A DNA stretch of 64,000 nucleotides. Source: Octopus vulgaris (Eukaryota). Position 1 is the first letter of the stretch. Each line of letters begins with the position of its first letter. A program made the translations under genes and the position numbers. Positions 15,698 through 28,138 of this stretch are shown in pieces. Under the pieces are notes generated by a model that searched no databases, was not told where the DNA came from, and saw only the letters and a list, made by a program, of their open reading frames with translations. The stretch spans positions 105,896,001 through 105,960,000 of the forward strand of contig OX597823.1 of the NCBI GenBank assembly GCA_951406725.2, written 5' to 3'.

Positions 15698-16657
15698 TAT
15701 TATATTGCTGCACAACATAAGAAATGACACCCTATCGTTTGGTAAAAGGAGATATTTCTCTTTTCTCTTTTACACGAAATTAAAATAGCGTAAAATTAAG
15801 CTAGAAAACATACGAACCAAATGGTATCATGCTTTATATGTACAAGAGACTATAATCAAAATGCAGCTAACAGCAACAACAACAACAGCAGTAACAATAA
15901 CAACAATTATCATCAATGACAAACAATAATGTCAATTACAAAACTGCAACATCAAGAATGACAACACGAATGAGAACCACTAATAAGATAACAATTATGG
16001 CCACCAAATCTCCACCAACACCAGAGTAAGAAGAAAATAACAGCAGCAGCTGTGGCGGCGGCGGCGGCTGTCGCGGTGGAGGCGATGGATGTGGCGGCGG
16101 CGGCGGTGGATGTGGCGGCGGCGGCTGTGGTGGTGGAGGCGGTGGATGTGGCGGCGGCGGCTGTGGTGGTGGAGGCGGTGGATGTGGCGGCGGCGGTAGT
16201 ATACGAAAAAAAGGACAAGAGGAACTAAATTACCGAAACATGAAAAACTTTTAATTGTGACCAATAAATAGGATTTGATTGGACAGGAAGGATTTGAAAA
16301 CACGCTGCAATATTATCGTATGTCAATAGAATTATGATTCTAAATCAGAACACGCAGACGCAGCTACACACATAGACATGCATTTATATACACACAGATA
16401 TACAAGTCATCTTGCACATGCCGAACACATAATACCAGTTTTTCTTAGATTTATTTTATTCTTTGCATGCCTTAAAGGGAGACAGAAAGAGAATTATTTT
16501 CAAACTGGAGACCTTTGCTTGAATGCTTTCCACTAAGCAAAACTCTGCTAAAAGTACCCAAGGATCAGGCGGGTGTGTTAAACCGGGTGGGAGGGTTATA
16601 TTTACTATCTGTATATGGGCGAAAAGTGGCGGCAATATTGGGAAAATTCGGTTCATC

Positions 16658-17310
16658 GGCGCAGGCGGAGCCGTGGGGTAAGAAGTTTGTTTCCAAACCA
16701 CGTGGTTTCGGGTTCAGTCTTACTGCATGGCACTTTCGTCAAATGTCTTCTACTTAGCCTTGGGTGATAAAAGCCTTATGAGTTGATCTGCGAGACGAAG
16801 ATTGAAAGAAGCGAGCTGGCAGAAACGCTAGCACACCGGGCGAAATGCTTAGCGGTAATTTCGTCTGCCGCTACGTTCTGAGTTCAAATTCCGCCGAGGT
16901 CGACTTTGCCTTTCATCCTTTCGGGGTCGATTAAATAAGTACCAATTACGTACTGGGGTCTATATAATCGACTTAATCCATTTGTCTGTCCTTGTTTGAC
17001 CCCTCAGTGTGTAGCCCCTTATGGGTAGTAAAGAAATAAGGAAATTGAAAGAAGTCTGTTGTATGTGTGTGTGTGTATGTGTGTGTGTGTGTATGTGTGT
17101 ATTTGTGTATGTGTTCCCTTCTTACACTACTTGACAGCTGGTGTTGGTATGTTCACGTTCCTGTAACTTAGCAGTTCAGCAAAGGATTTCGATAGAATGT
17201 GAACTAGGCACCACAAAAATATAATAAGTATCAAAGTCGATTTGTTTGATTAAAATTCATCAAGGTGGAGCCCCAGCATGGCCGCATCTAATGACTGAAT
17301 CAAGAAAAAG
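16658..17310 (+). mobile_element. tRNA-derived SINE family B (internal TG microsatellite), interrupted
   Basis: Head ggcgcaggcggagccgtggggtaagaag...gggttcagtc; tail gtaacttagc...ccccagcatggccgca. Confidence 0.75.
16811..17041 (+). mobile_element. SINE family A nested inside a family B SINE
   Basis: TSD attgaaagaag at 16801-16811 and 17044-17054. Confidence 0.9.
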
Positions 17311-18084
17311 AAAGTTTTTTTGCATATTAAATTTAATATTTAACTAATTCCTTTTTGGTAAGTGAAAAATGTACTTAGATGTTTAACTAATTGTGGTGAA
17401 GAACTTGTGCGAGTCAACAAAAAAAAACCCCAAAAAAACTTCAAAGTGGTCGATCGATCTGCAAGAAATAATAGATACAAACTCACTGCATTTCATCTAA
17501 CTGCTTTTTGAAAAGCAAAGGTACAGAGATAATAGAGTTAAGGATTCTCTATAAGACGAAGTGAGCAAGTCTGGAGTGTGTCTGATGATAGGTTTACTCA
17601 ATAAGAGCTTATCAAGGTTAAACAACAACAATAACCGACACTGCCAAATCTATAAATATCATTCTTATTTTTTAGATTTTATTTTAGTGACTGACTTCAG
17701 ATTCCACTGAGGTCAACTTTGACTTTCATCTTTTCGGAATCGATAAAATAAAGTACAAGACAAGTAATGTGATCCACTGAATCACAAAATCGTTGGCTTT
17801 GTGCCTAAATCAGAAACCCTTTTATTATCATAAGTGTTCAGACAAATCTTGGGAAAATGTGTTCTATAGATTTGTAGGTAGAATATGACATATGGAAAAT
17901 ATGTGGAAGCCCGTCGGAGAGATTATTCATAATTACCATTGTCGTGCAGCTACTGTTTATACCTCGTTCAGAGACTTATTATTGCTTCTTTACACTTTTT
18001 CGAGAGCAGTGACTTTTCGTCACTGGGAAAAGGATATATGTGTTTGCATTGGGATCCCTTCGCATCGAAGACCGGCGATTGTCG

Positions 18085-18265
18085 TGCGCTGACGACGGAT
18101 AAATAAGAATCACCTTTAAGGGTATGAAAAGAATCGCGCGATCAAATGACTTACAATTCGTGACCGTGTTGCACAACTGGACTGTGCTCACAGTACAATA
18201 TACAAGATGGCAGGAGATTTTGGGTATCAGAAAGTATATGAAAAGCGGACACCTCGTTATCTGAC
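18085..18265 (+). mobile_element. Mariner fragment homologous to 24410-24575
   Basis: Near-identical stretch cgcgcgatcaaatgac...ctcacagtacaatatacaagatg...gggtatcagaaagtatatgaaaa. Confidence 0.75.
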
Positions 18266-18497
18266 CTAGAAACTCGGGTCCGTGCGTATCACGTCAGGTC
18301 GACGATGGGAAAGATGGATTCCCTTTGCAAATACTGGTAGGGCACAGAATGTGTCAATAACTAGCTGGAGAAGATGTTCTCCTGGGGCTACAAGCTACAG
18401 TAGCATCCACCGTTAGTGGTTAGCCACATTTAAGTGGCACATATACTTCACATTGTCGTGCAGCTACTGATTATACCTCGTTCAGAGATTTATTATC

Positions 18498-18555
<58 letters not shown>

Positions 18556-18877
18556 TTGCGCTGATGGCGGTATGTATAATGCATCTTTCAATTATTTACG
18601 TTCGGTATGTCACCTTTGATGATCGGAAAGGGTTCTTAATAACTCATACCGTGAAAGCCATAGATTTGGGACCATCCAAATTATTTTATAAATCCTCGCT
18701 CTCTATTTTCCTCGCTTACAACCGTGTGTAGTGGAGTAAAAATCTAAGTGGTTCATAGACAATTTGGGATCTATTTTTAGCAGACTGGTGTTGTAATCAT
18801 TGAACACCCTTATTATAATTTAACACATATATGTATGCATGCATCTATGTATCTATGTATGTATTTATGTATATATG

Positions 18878-18933
<56 letters not shown>

Positions 18934-19702
18934 TGTGTGTTGCTAGTTTTATTTCCGCCGTATCACCTTATCATTATCTCGCTCAGTTTCTCTTTCGCTT
19001 TTCCCGTATTCCTCACCATTCCATTCTCCTAAAGTAACCTGCAAATACACCCCCACATCTCCCCCACACCATACTCATCTAATTCTCTTGCTTGTTTTCC
19101 CTTACTGACTCCCTTCCCAGACACCCTACCCATCCACATACACAAACACACGCTCACACACGCATACAGTCACACACACACACTCACATATATACTCACC
19201 ATCTTATCTCTAAATATACACACTATCTCTTTTTTAATCAAAACATTGCCATAAGCAACAACCCTCGCTCGCACACCCGACACTTTCAAAATATCGTTTA
19301 ATTTATCTTTATTTTTTTTCTACAACCTGTTGTTGTTGTTGCTGTTGTCTCCTTTCTGCCGCCGACACCTCCACCATCGTTACTGCTGCTGCTGCTGCCT
19401 CTACCGTTGTCGCTGGTGCTATTCTCATTTCTGCCATTGATGTTGCTTCTTCATTTCTGATGATGTTGCTCTTGTTACAGAGATGCTTGTATCTGTTGAT
19501 GTTCCTATGGCCATTGTTGCTCTGGCGTTTGTTGCTATTTTCGTTGTTTTTGCTATTGTTACTGCTGAGATTCTGTGCTATCGTTATTCATGTCGTCGTT
19601 GCTATTGGTATTGTTACATAGATTTGCTGTTCGTTTTGTTGTTTCCGTTGCTTTTGTTGTTCCCAATGTTGTTACTGCTGTTTTGTTGTTGTTTTTCACA
19701 GC

Positions 19703-20154
<452 letters not shown>

Positions 20155-21749
20155 GTTGTTGTTGATGTAACTGTTTTGTCATTTTTACTGCTTTTTGTTG
20201 TTCTTGTTGTTGCTAATGATGCAGCTGTATGTGTTTTTGTTGTTGTTGTTGCTGCTTTTTTCTTTCTTATATGATTTTGCAGTTGTTGCTAATGCTAATG
20301 CTGCTGGTGGTATTGTTATTGTTGTTGGTGATAATGGTAGTGTTGGTGGCGCTATTGCTGTATATGCTAATGTTTTTGTTGGTTTTATAAACACCTCTCA
20401 TTTATCTATTGTGTCACTTTTGTAATTTTTTTTGTATTTATTTATTTTCTTCTCGCCTTTACTGTTTTCTCGGCATTATTAATTTGTTCCAGTTTGTCTT
20501 GGAAGTAACAAAAAGAATAACACCAGCGACAGCAACATCAATACCAACATCGAGTTAATGCAAAAGTATTTAAGTAGTATTCGATCTGCTAGAAATAGCT
20601 GTGGAATTTCCTTCAAATCCACGTTCGCTCATTTTGTATAATGGCAGCATGCATTGGATAACGTAGACCTTGGTAGACATAAAACAACAGGATGGAATAC
20701 GTTTGATCGTAGGTTTGCACGATCAGGGTTGATCCAAGGAGGATAAGCAACAACAACAACAACAAGTTAATAAAACAAACACTTAATTTCTTCCGACACT
20801 ATGCCTTCTGGATTCAAATCCTTCCGAGGTCAAATTCTTTTTTTCCTTTGATTCTTTCGGGGCTGCTAAAAAAAACCTTATGGACTCAGGAACTGGAACT
20901 GTTAGAGAGTCGTGCGAGTCGCATTGCGGTGTCTGTTCCGAGTCTTTGCATTTTGACAGCAATGCCTGCGATACAACATTGATGATAACCTGTCTCGCTT
21001 TGTCTGCAGCGATTCCCTTGGATTAAAACTCCGGTGAAGAGGAGAGGGGAGATTTGCATGCATACAAGGATTCCTTAAAAAAAATTTCCCAGGTCTGCAC
21101 CTACGTGTGTTGATGCATGGGCAACCTTGACTGAAAGAGGACCCTTATTGAGGAGAAGCTGTTATCATATAACTCCGGGTCAGCAATGTTAGAGCAGATA
21201 CATGCATGAGAATTGAATAAAGGCAAACAAAGCAGCGAAGATAAAAATAATGTTGTGTTCATTTATATTAAACACGCTCAAATACATCAACGTGGAAAGA
21301 CCTTCACTGTGGCAAATGTACAGAGTTTTATTTTAATCTTCACGGCTTTGTGCGTCTTTATTTAATTAATTCCAAACCGACAATGCGTAGCACGAATTAA
21401 CAAATAATATTTTTTTGCTGCCTACACTTTAGAACCTCAGTTCTTGGTAGATTGCGAACGACCAGATCGCTGTGTCACTGATGAAACGCAACCACGCAGA
21501 AACACGTATCTCACAATCCGTTGACATCATTCAGGGTTCATCTGTATTTTCACACGCATAATCTATATATTTAACTCCTGCGAGGTTTCCATGTTTATCT
21601 GTATATGAGTGTTTTAAGTTTAAACATGTATATTACCAAAAACAAAAGAATTTCTCAACTATAATTATAATTTTCGAAAAGCAGCTCCTAACGTCTTAAG
21701 GTATAATCACTTTCCGAGTAAAATTCAGAATGCTCAAGTTTTGCTTTTA

Positions 21750-23030
21750 TTTTCCTCTTACCATTTTTGGTCACTGGACCGCGACTATGTCGAGGCACGT
21801 CTTGTAGACTGGTCACCAATCGGATTGGCCACAGTACATATTTTTTTTCGTCTGGACTCATTTACCAAACCGCTATGTTACGAGGACGTTAACAAATCCA
21901 CACCGGTGGTCAGGGGGCGGGGAAGATAAAAACACAGGCCTAAACACACAAACACAAGTACGCACACACAATACACACGCGCGAACACAACGGGGTTCCA
22001 TTTAACAAATTCGGTCACTAAGTATTAGTGGTCATGAGGATATAGTAGAAAGCCAAGGCGTAACGCAGTGCGACTGAACCCAGACCACCTGGTTACAAAG
22101 GGAACTTTTTAATCACACAGCCATGCCAACAGTGATAGTTTAAAAGTAAACTATTTCCGAACAAGTACAAAATGGTTTGAAATCCAGGTAAGACAATGAT
22201 AGTAATTTTAATCAAAAAATACTCTGATTCGTTACACCTGCATTTATTTTGGCTGATGATGGTGTACATAGATCTTGAACATTTTGCTGAAGTTGATGAA
22301 ATTTACCTGTCAATGTTATTTTGAAAATGATTATATAGGTCCACATAGAGGCAGTCAACGAGGGTGGCGCATAAAAATTCTCCATTTCCATTAGCTATAT
22401 GGAATATTTCTGACCGAAGTATAAATCTTTTCCAGTGTGCACTGAATCGATCAGAAAACACTCTACATCCAAATGTCAGGAACTTTATTGGTGTGCTAGA
22501 ATCTGAAGAATAGTTTGCAAGAGTTAAATTGCTAAAAATGATCAAGCGAGAGAAAACGTTAACAAGAAGAAAAATACGGAGATAAGTACAAGCCCATTAG
22601 AAGATCCGAAACATAACAAAAAATGTCTTGAAAGCAGTTAATTAATATTTGAATTTTTAATATTATAGTATTTTTTCATATCATCCACAGTGTTTAGTTT
22701 TCATTTTCTGGAAAAGTCTTTAAGCTGAATGACTCCAAATAAATAATTTTTGCTTTTACATTTATTTACTTTTTTCTTTTATCTGTTACAGTCACTGGAC
22801 TGCGGTAGTGCGGAGATACCTTCTCGAAGGGTTTTAATCGAATAGATAGACTACAGTGCTTGAGTCCGGTGTGCTTCTTTTAGTTTCAGCCTATTAAACC
22901 CACTCACAAGGCTTTGATCAGTCCGAGGCTATAGAAGACATCTGCCCGAAGTGCCACGAAGTAAGGCTGAACCCAGAACCATGTGGTTGGTAAGCAAGCT
23001 ACTTACCATACAGCCGCCACGCCTGCGCCT
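21750..23030 (-). mobile_element. Two degenerate family B-type SINEs (about 21750-22130 and 22780-23030)
   Basis: ctgaacccagaaccatgtggttggtaagcaagct...cagccgccacgcctgcgcc head on the minus strand. Confidence 0.65.
22280..22660 (+). pseudogene. MULE (Mutator) transposase C-terminal relic
   Basis: Plus-strand motifs YFENDYIG, FPLAIWNISDR and HPNVRNFIGVLESEE. Confidence 0.6.
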
Positions 23031-23416
23031 ACATATTGAAATGGCAAAATAGTTTCCCCATTCCGTGTTTAAACAAGAAAATATACTTAAATTATATGAG
23101 CACTTATAACATATTTCGACAAAATCTGACCAATTAAGGTATTAAGAGAGGTGGCGGGGAGAGACATCTGTGAGCTAAATCACCAGAACCAATGCGGAAA
23201 AGAATCCTCAGATGCATGCAATGTATATAGAATCTATACGAAGTGTATGATGGCGGTGGGAAATAAGTAGGCTGGCTTGGACAAATGTAAATGATAATTA
23301 CAATGTAGTAGATATTAATATATTAGCTTGCAGTGTAAGTAATAAGCTGTGGTATTAATAAGACCAGACAGAAATTATAGAAAAATATCCATTAAATTAC
23401 ACCACCACCACCACCA

Positions 23417-23448
<32 letters not shown>

Positions 23449-24175
23449 GCCACAACCACCGCCGCCACCGCCACCGCCATCACAACCATCACCACCGCCG
23501 CCGCCGCCGCCGCCGCCGCCAGCATTTTCAAGTGAAAGTAGGTGTTGTACAGGTTGTGTTTGTCACAGAGAGCAGACGAAGGGAAATAACAGATTGTTGC
23601 GATTACAGAATCACTCCTGGAAACATTAAACGCATAAATACACACACACACACACGCATGCATACACATACATATAGTCTCAGCTGCGCGCACGCAAACA
23701 CACACACATACATACATACATGCATACATACATATATACATACATACATACACACATACATACATACATACATACATACATACATACATACATACATACA
23801 TACATACATACAGAGATATACACACACACACATAAACATACACGCATAAACACTCGCATACACACATATACTTAGATACATAAGCAGTCTTGCACACATA
23901 TACCATGCATATACCTACACATACATAAGTGAACACGAATTATACTAAGCGTTATGCAAAAGTGAGCATAACTTCTTTATTTACCGACGTCACTCGTTCA
24001 AACTGCACTGATTGGTAGAGTGACACTTCCTGTCTGGTGAGTGACTCTTATTCTTGCTCTTCATCATGGTTGGCAAATAATGGGTTCCAAGTAAAAGCAA
24101 CATGCCGTCATTGAGTTCTAGACGAAGAAGGGGTGCTGATTGTCCGTTTAAGCACAGAGGAGCTACTGCTTGTTT

Positions 24176-24305
24176 TACCATCCTTTCGGGGTCGATTAAA
24201 TAAGTACCAGTTACGCACTGGGGTCGATATAATCGACTTAATCCGTTTTTCTGTCCTTGTTTGTCCATTCTGTATTTGGCCCCTTGTGGGTAGTAAAGAA
24301 ATAGG
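24176..24305 (+). mobile_element. SINE family A, 3' half
   Basis: catcctttcggggtcgattaaataagtacc ... gaaatagg. Confidence 0.85.
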
Positions 24306-24399
24306 TTAGCAAGAGAAAAAGCAAGAGCAATGTATACAGATAGATGAATGAGTTAAAAAAAGGGGGGAAATAGTATTTATGACAAAAACATGCAGTGAG

Positions 24400-25290
24400 A
24401 GAGTGTGACTGCTAATAAGATTCACCATTAAGAGTATGAAATGATTCGCGCGATCAAATGACCTAGAATTCGTGACCGTGTTGCACAACTGGACTTTGCT
24501 CACAGTACAATATACAAGATGACAGGAGATTTTGGGTATCAGAAAGTATATGAAAAATGGACACCTAGTTAACTGATACACACTTTGAAGAACAGAAAGG
24601 CGGAAGCCAGCTCTGATCTGATGGGATTTTTTTAAACCAACGATCACAAGATGTTTTTATCTGATCTGGTGACAGGGGATAAAACATGGGCGTATATCTA
24701 TGATCCGTGAATGAAGGCCCACTCAGTAGAATGGCATCACATTTCTTCTCTAGCGATCAAGATGTTCAAGAGCTTGTGATTGGCACATAAAATTATGGTG
24801 ACTGTTTTCGGGGATGACAAGGTGTAATTTTTCTTTACTGTGATACTTAAAAAGCTTAGAGAAGCCGTTGAAAGGAGGAGACTGAACAAGAAATTGAAAA
24901 TGATCCTCTTTATCATGACCATACATCTTTGACCAGAAATCAGGTAATACGCAAATTGGACTGGTTAGTTGTATTCCACCCAATGTACAGGACAGATCTG
25001 GTGCACTCCATCTTCCATCTGTTCGGACTATGGAAGACAGCTTCAGCACCAATGCTTTGGTGACTAAGAAATTGAGATAAAACATGTCTATTAAGAAGTG
25101 GTCACAACTGTGAACAACTGAATATTTTCAAAGATGATTCGTGGATTGGATTCAACGTTGGTGGTAGAGCATCACTTGTGATGGTAACTAAGTTGAGTAA
25201 TACTTTTGTATGGAGAAAAAGTAACAGTACCGAAATGAATAATTTGAACGACATGTTAATTAATAAAAATGGTCTGCCTACTTTTACATA
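24400..25290 (+). pseudogene. Mariner (DD34D-type) transposase relic
   Basis: LGY.KV..KW.P, VTGDKTW.Y.YDP, S.EWHH, KIMVTVF, HP.Y..DL...FHLFG remnants with frameshifts. A TIR-like end lies near 25262-25290. Confidence 0.8.
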
Positions 25291-25487
25291 ACATTCGGTC
25301 CCATCCATTCGGCTGCATGGTAAGATGTTTGCTTCCGAACTCATGGTTCCGGGTCCAATTCCACTGTGGCACATTGGGCAAATGTCTTCTACTATAGTCT
25401 CGAGCCAATCAAATCCTTTTAAATGGATTTCGTAGACGGAAATGAAAGAGGTCCGTCGTATATACATGCATACATACATATACATAC

Positions 25488-25581
<94 letters not shown>

Positions 25582-25703
25582 CAATTTAGGAGTGACCTTA
25601 ACAGGCCATTCGTCCACCAGAAAGAGCAGCCATAACTCACACCGCCAAGTAGTAGTAATTCAGAAATTAGGTGAAAATTTAAAAACATTTACCCTAATTC
25701 ATC

Positions 25704-25801
25704 TTTTAGACGATGCATCGTTTCTGTGTCATTAATGATTAAATTAGCCTAATTAAATTAAATTAAGCTAATCTACCATAGGTTACACTTCATCAGTAAA
25801 A
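25704..25801 (-). ncRNA. Type I hammerhead ribozyme (inverted copy, palindromic stem III)
   Basis: Minus strand: tttta-CTGATGA-agtgtaacc...gacaca-GAAACGATGCATCGTC-taaaa. The stem III region ACGATGCATCGT is a perfect palindrome. Confidence 0.85.
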
Positions 25802-26494
25802 AACCTGGGAGAGACAAATATACACGAGGCGTCTGTATCGATGCCTCCGGAATATCTGTCTTAAAATTTTCAAGACTGACGCATTCGCGCCAAACTTATC
25901 AGCAGTAAATATAAACTGCCGATTCAATCTCAGAATTATTCAGAAAATTATCAATTAGTCAATTTAGGATAGCAAAAAAATTCAATAGAAATTTATCGCT
26001 ACCAGCGGCCTAGTGGAAAAGAGAAAATAGTCAACGACTAAATATATAAATATAACAATTTAGGAGTGACCTTAACAGGCCATTCGTCCACCAGAAAGAG
26101 CAGCCATAACTCACACCGCCAAGTAGTAGTAATTCAGAAATTAGGTGAAAATTTTCACCTAATTTCTGAATTTACTACTTGGCAGTTTGAATTATGGCTG
26201 CTAATTCTGGTGGACGAATGGCTCTGTTAAGGTCACTCTAAATTGTTATATTTATATATTTAGTCGTTGACTATTTTCTCTTTTCCACTAGGCCGCTGGT
26301 AGCGATAAATTTCTATTGAATTTTTTTGCTATCCTAAATTGACTAATTGATAATTTTCTGAATAATTCTGAGATTGAATCGGCAGTTTATATTTACTGCT
26401 GATAATTTGGCGCGAATACGTCAGTCTTGAAAATTTTAAGACAGATATTCCGGAGGCATCGATACAACGCCTCGTTATATTTGTCTCTCCCAGG

Positions 26495-26594
26495 TTTTAC
26501 TGATGAAGTGTAACCTATGGTAGATTAGCTTAATTTAATTTAATTAGGCTAATTTAATCATTAATGACACAGAAACGATGCACATCGTCTAAAA
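26495..26594 (+). ncRNA. Type I hammerhead ribozyme with long domain II
   Basis: Stem I tttta(26495-99)/taaaa(26590-94). Core CTGATGA 26500-06. Domain II 26507-26571 (gtgt/acac base plus a 12-bp attagcttaatt/aattaggctaat helix). GAAA 26572-75. Stem III acgatg-ca-catcgt. Cleavage triplet GTC 26587-89. Confidence 0.85.
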
Positions 26595-26815
26595 GATGAA
26601 TTAGGGTAAATGTTTTTAAATTTTCACCTAATTTCTGAATTACTACTACTTGGCGGTGTGAGTTATGGCTGCTCTTTCTAGTGGACGAATACCTGTTAAG
26701 GTCACTCCTAAATTGTTATATTTATATATTTAGTCGTTGACTATTTTCTCTTTTCCACTAGGCCGCTGGTAGCGATAAATTTCTATTGAATGTTTTTGCT
26801 ACCCTAAATTGACTA

Positions 26816-26855
<40 letters not shown>

Positions 26856-26882
26856 GTATGTATATTATATATATATGTATTT

Positions 26883-27587
26883 ATCACTTCACTTTGATCA
26901 CTTTGACCGACCAGTCCGTCAGGCGTCCATTTGACACCGCTGGTCACAGCACGCTGTCCACTCCTCTCTGGATCGCGCCTTTCTCATCCACGTGATCCCA
27001 ATCGTCCTCTTGAAATCGTCACTCCACCGTCGTGGAGGTCTTCCGGGTGGTCTTTTCCGCTCACGCGGGACCACTCGACAACTGCGTGCGTCCACCGATT
27101 ATCGGTGAGCCGGGCGACGTGTCCAGCCCAATTATACTTGCTGCGAGTATACTCTGCGATGACATCTCTCACGCCGGACTTTTTTCTGATGATCTTGCTA
27201 CTTATGGGCTCTCTCAACGAGATACCAAGCATTCACCTTTCCATGGCTCTTTGAGCCGTTACCAGTCTTTGCTCTTCTCTCTTTGTAGTAGCCCATGTTT
27301 CACTACCATATAACATTGCAGGCAGAACTGCACTGTTAATGAGGTTGGCGTGGGTGGTCCTGTCCAAACTTCCCCTGAGCACATCCCTTATGCCATTGAA
27401 TGCCTTCCATCCGGCCCTTACTCTCTGTGAGATCTCCTTTTTGATATCCCGGCACATATTTACTTCCTGTCCCAGGTAGACATATTTCCTCACCTCCTCT
27501 ATTTCATCACTGCCGATCGCCATTCGACCTGTTGGTACGTTGTCTGACCGCATGAACTTTGTTTTCATGCGGTTCATCTTGAGACCT
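26883..27587 (-). mobile_element. 5'-truncated RTE-clade LINE (RT C-terminus and 3' tail)
   Basis: ORF track gives [34 protein letters not shown], a frameshift, then WAGHVARLTDNRW. The 3' tail is a short tandem repeat (caaagtgatcaaagtgaagtga). Confidence 0.9.
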
Positions 27588-27590
27588 ATG

Positions 27591-27637
<47 letters not shown>

Positions 27638-27676
27638 ATATGTATATATGTATATATGTATATATATATGTGTATG

Positions 27677-27719
<43 letters not shown>

Positions 27720-27946
27720 TGTATGGGTGTCTTTGTGTCTGTGTTTTTCCGCCACCACCGCTTGACAGCCGGTGTTGGTGTGCAAATATCCCTGTAACTT
27801 AGCGGTACGGTAGAGGAGATCAATAGAATCAGTACCAGGCTTCAAATGAGTACCCGGATTGATTCGTTCGACTAAAATCCTTCAAAGCGGTGCCCGAGCA
27901 TTGCCGCAGTCTAATAACTGAAACAAGTAAACTTAAAAGTTAAAGT

Positions 27947-28086
<140 letters not shown>

Positions 28087-28138
28087 CAAGAACAATCTTA
28101 CTTAGAAATGGATGCGTGCGTTCCGTCATATAATAACA

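Larger units (their letters stand above)
25579..26817. mobile_element. HHR-bearing retrozyme-like or Penelope pLTR-like element; 474-bp unit, partial tandems in inverted arrangement
   Basis: acaatttaggagtgacc recurs at 25581 and 26055 (period 474). A spacerless inversion centre lies at 26151/26152 (aggtgaaaa|ttttcacct). The right arm runs to 26817. (TA)n flanks both sides and there is no meaningful ORF. Confidence 0.8.
25310..27930 (+). mobile_element. Family B SINE split by nested insertions
   Basis: The 5' half at about 25310-25460 and the 3' half at about 27720-27930 are colinear with the copy at 16658-17310. Confidence 0.7.

Noticed and set aside
18609-18672. TTGATGA-cgg...ccg-GAAA motif with a stem II-like hairpin
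   Set aside because: Core C3 is absent and stems I and III are poor; at most a decayed HHR.
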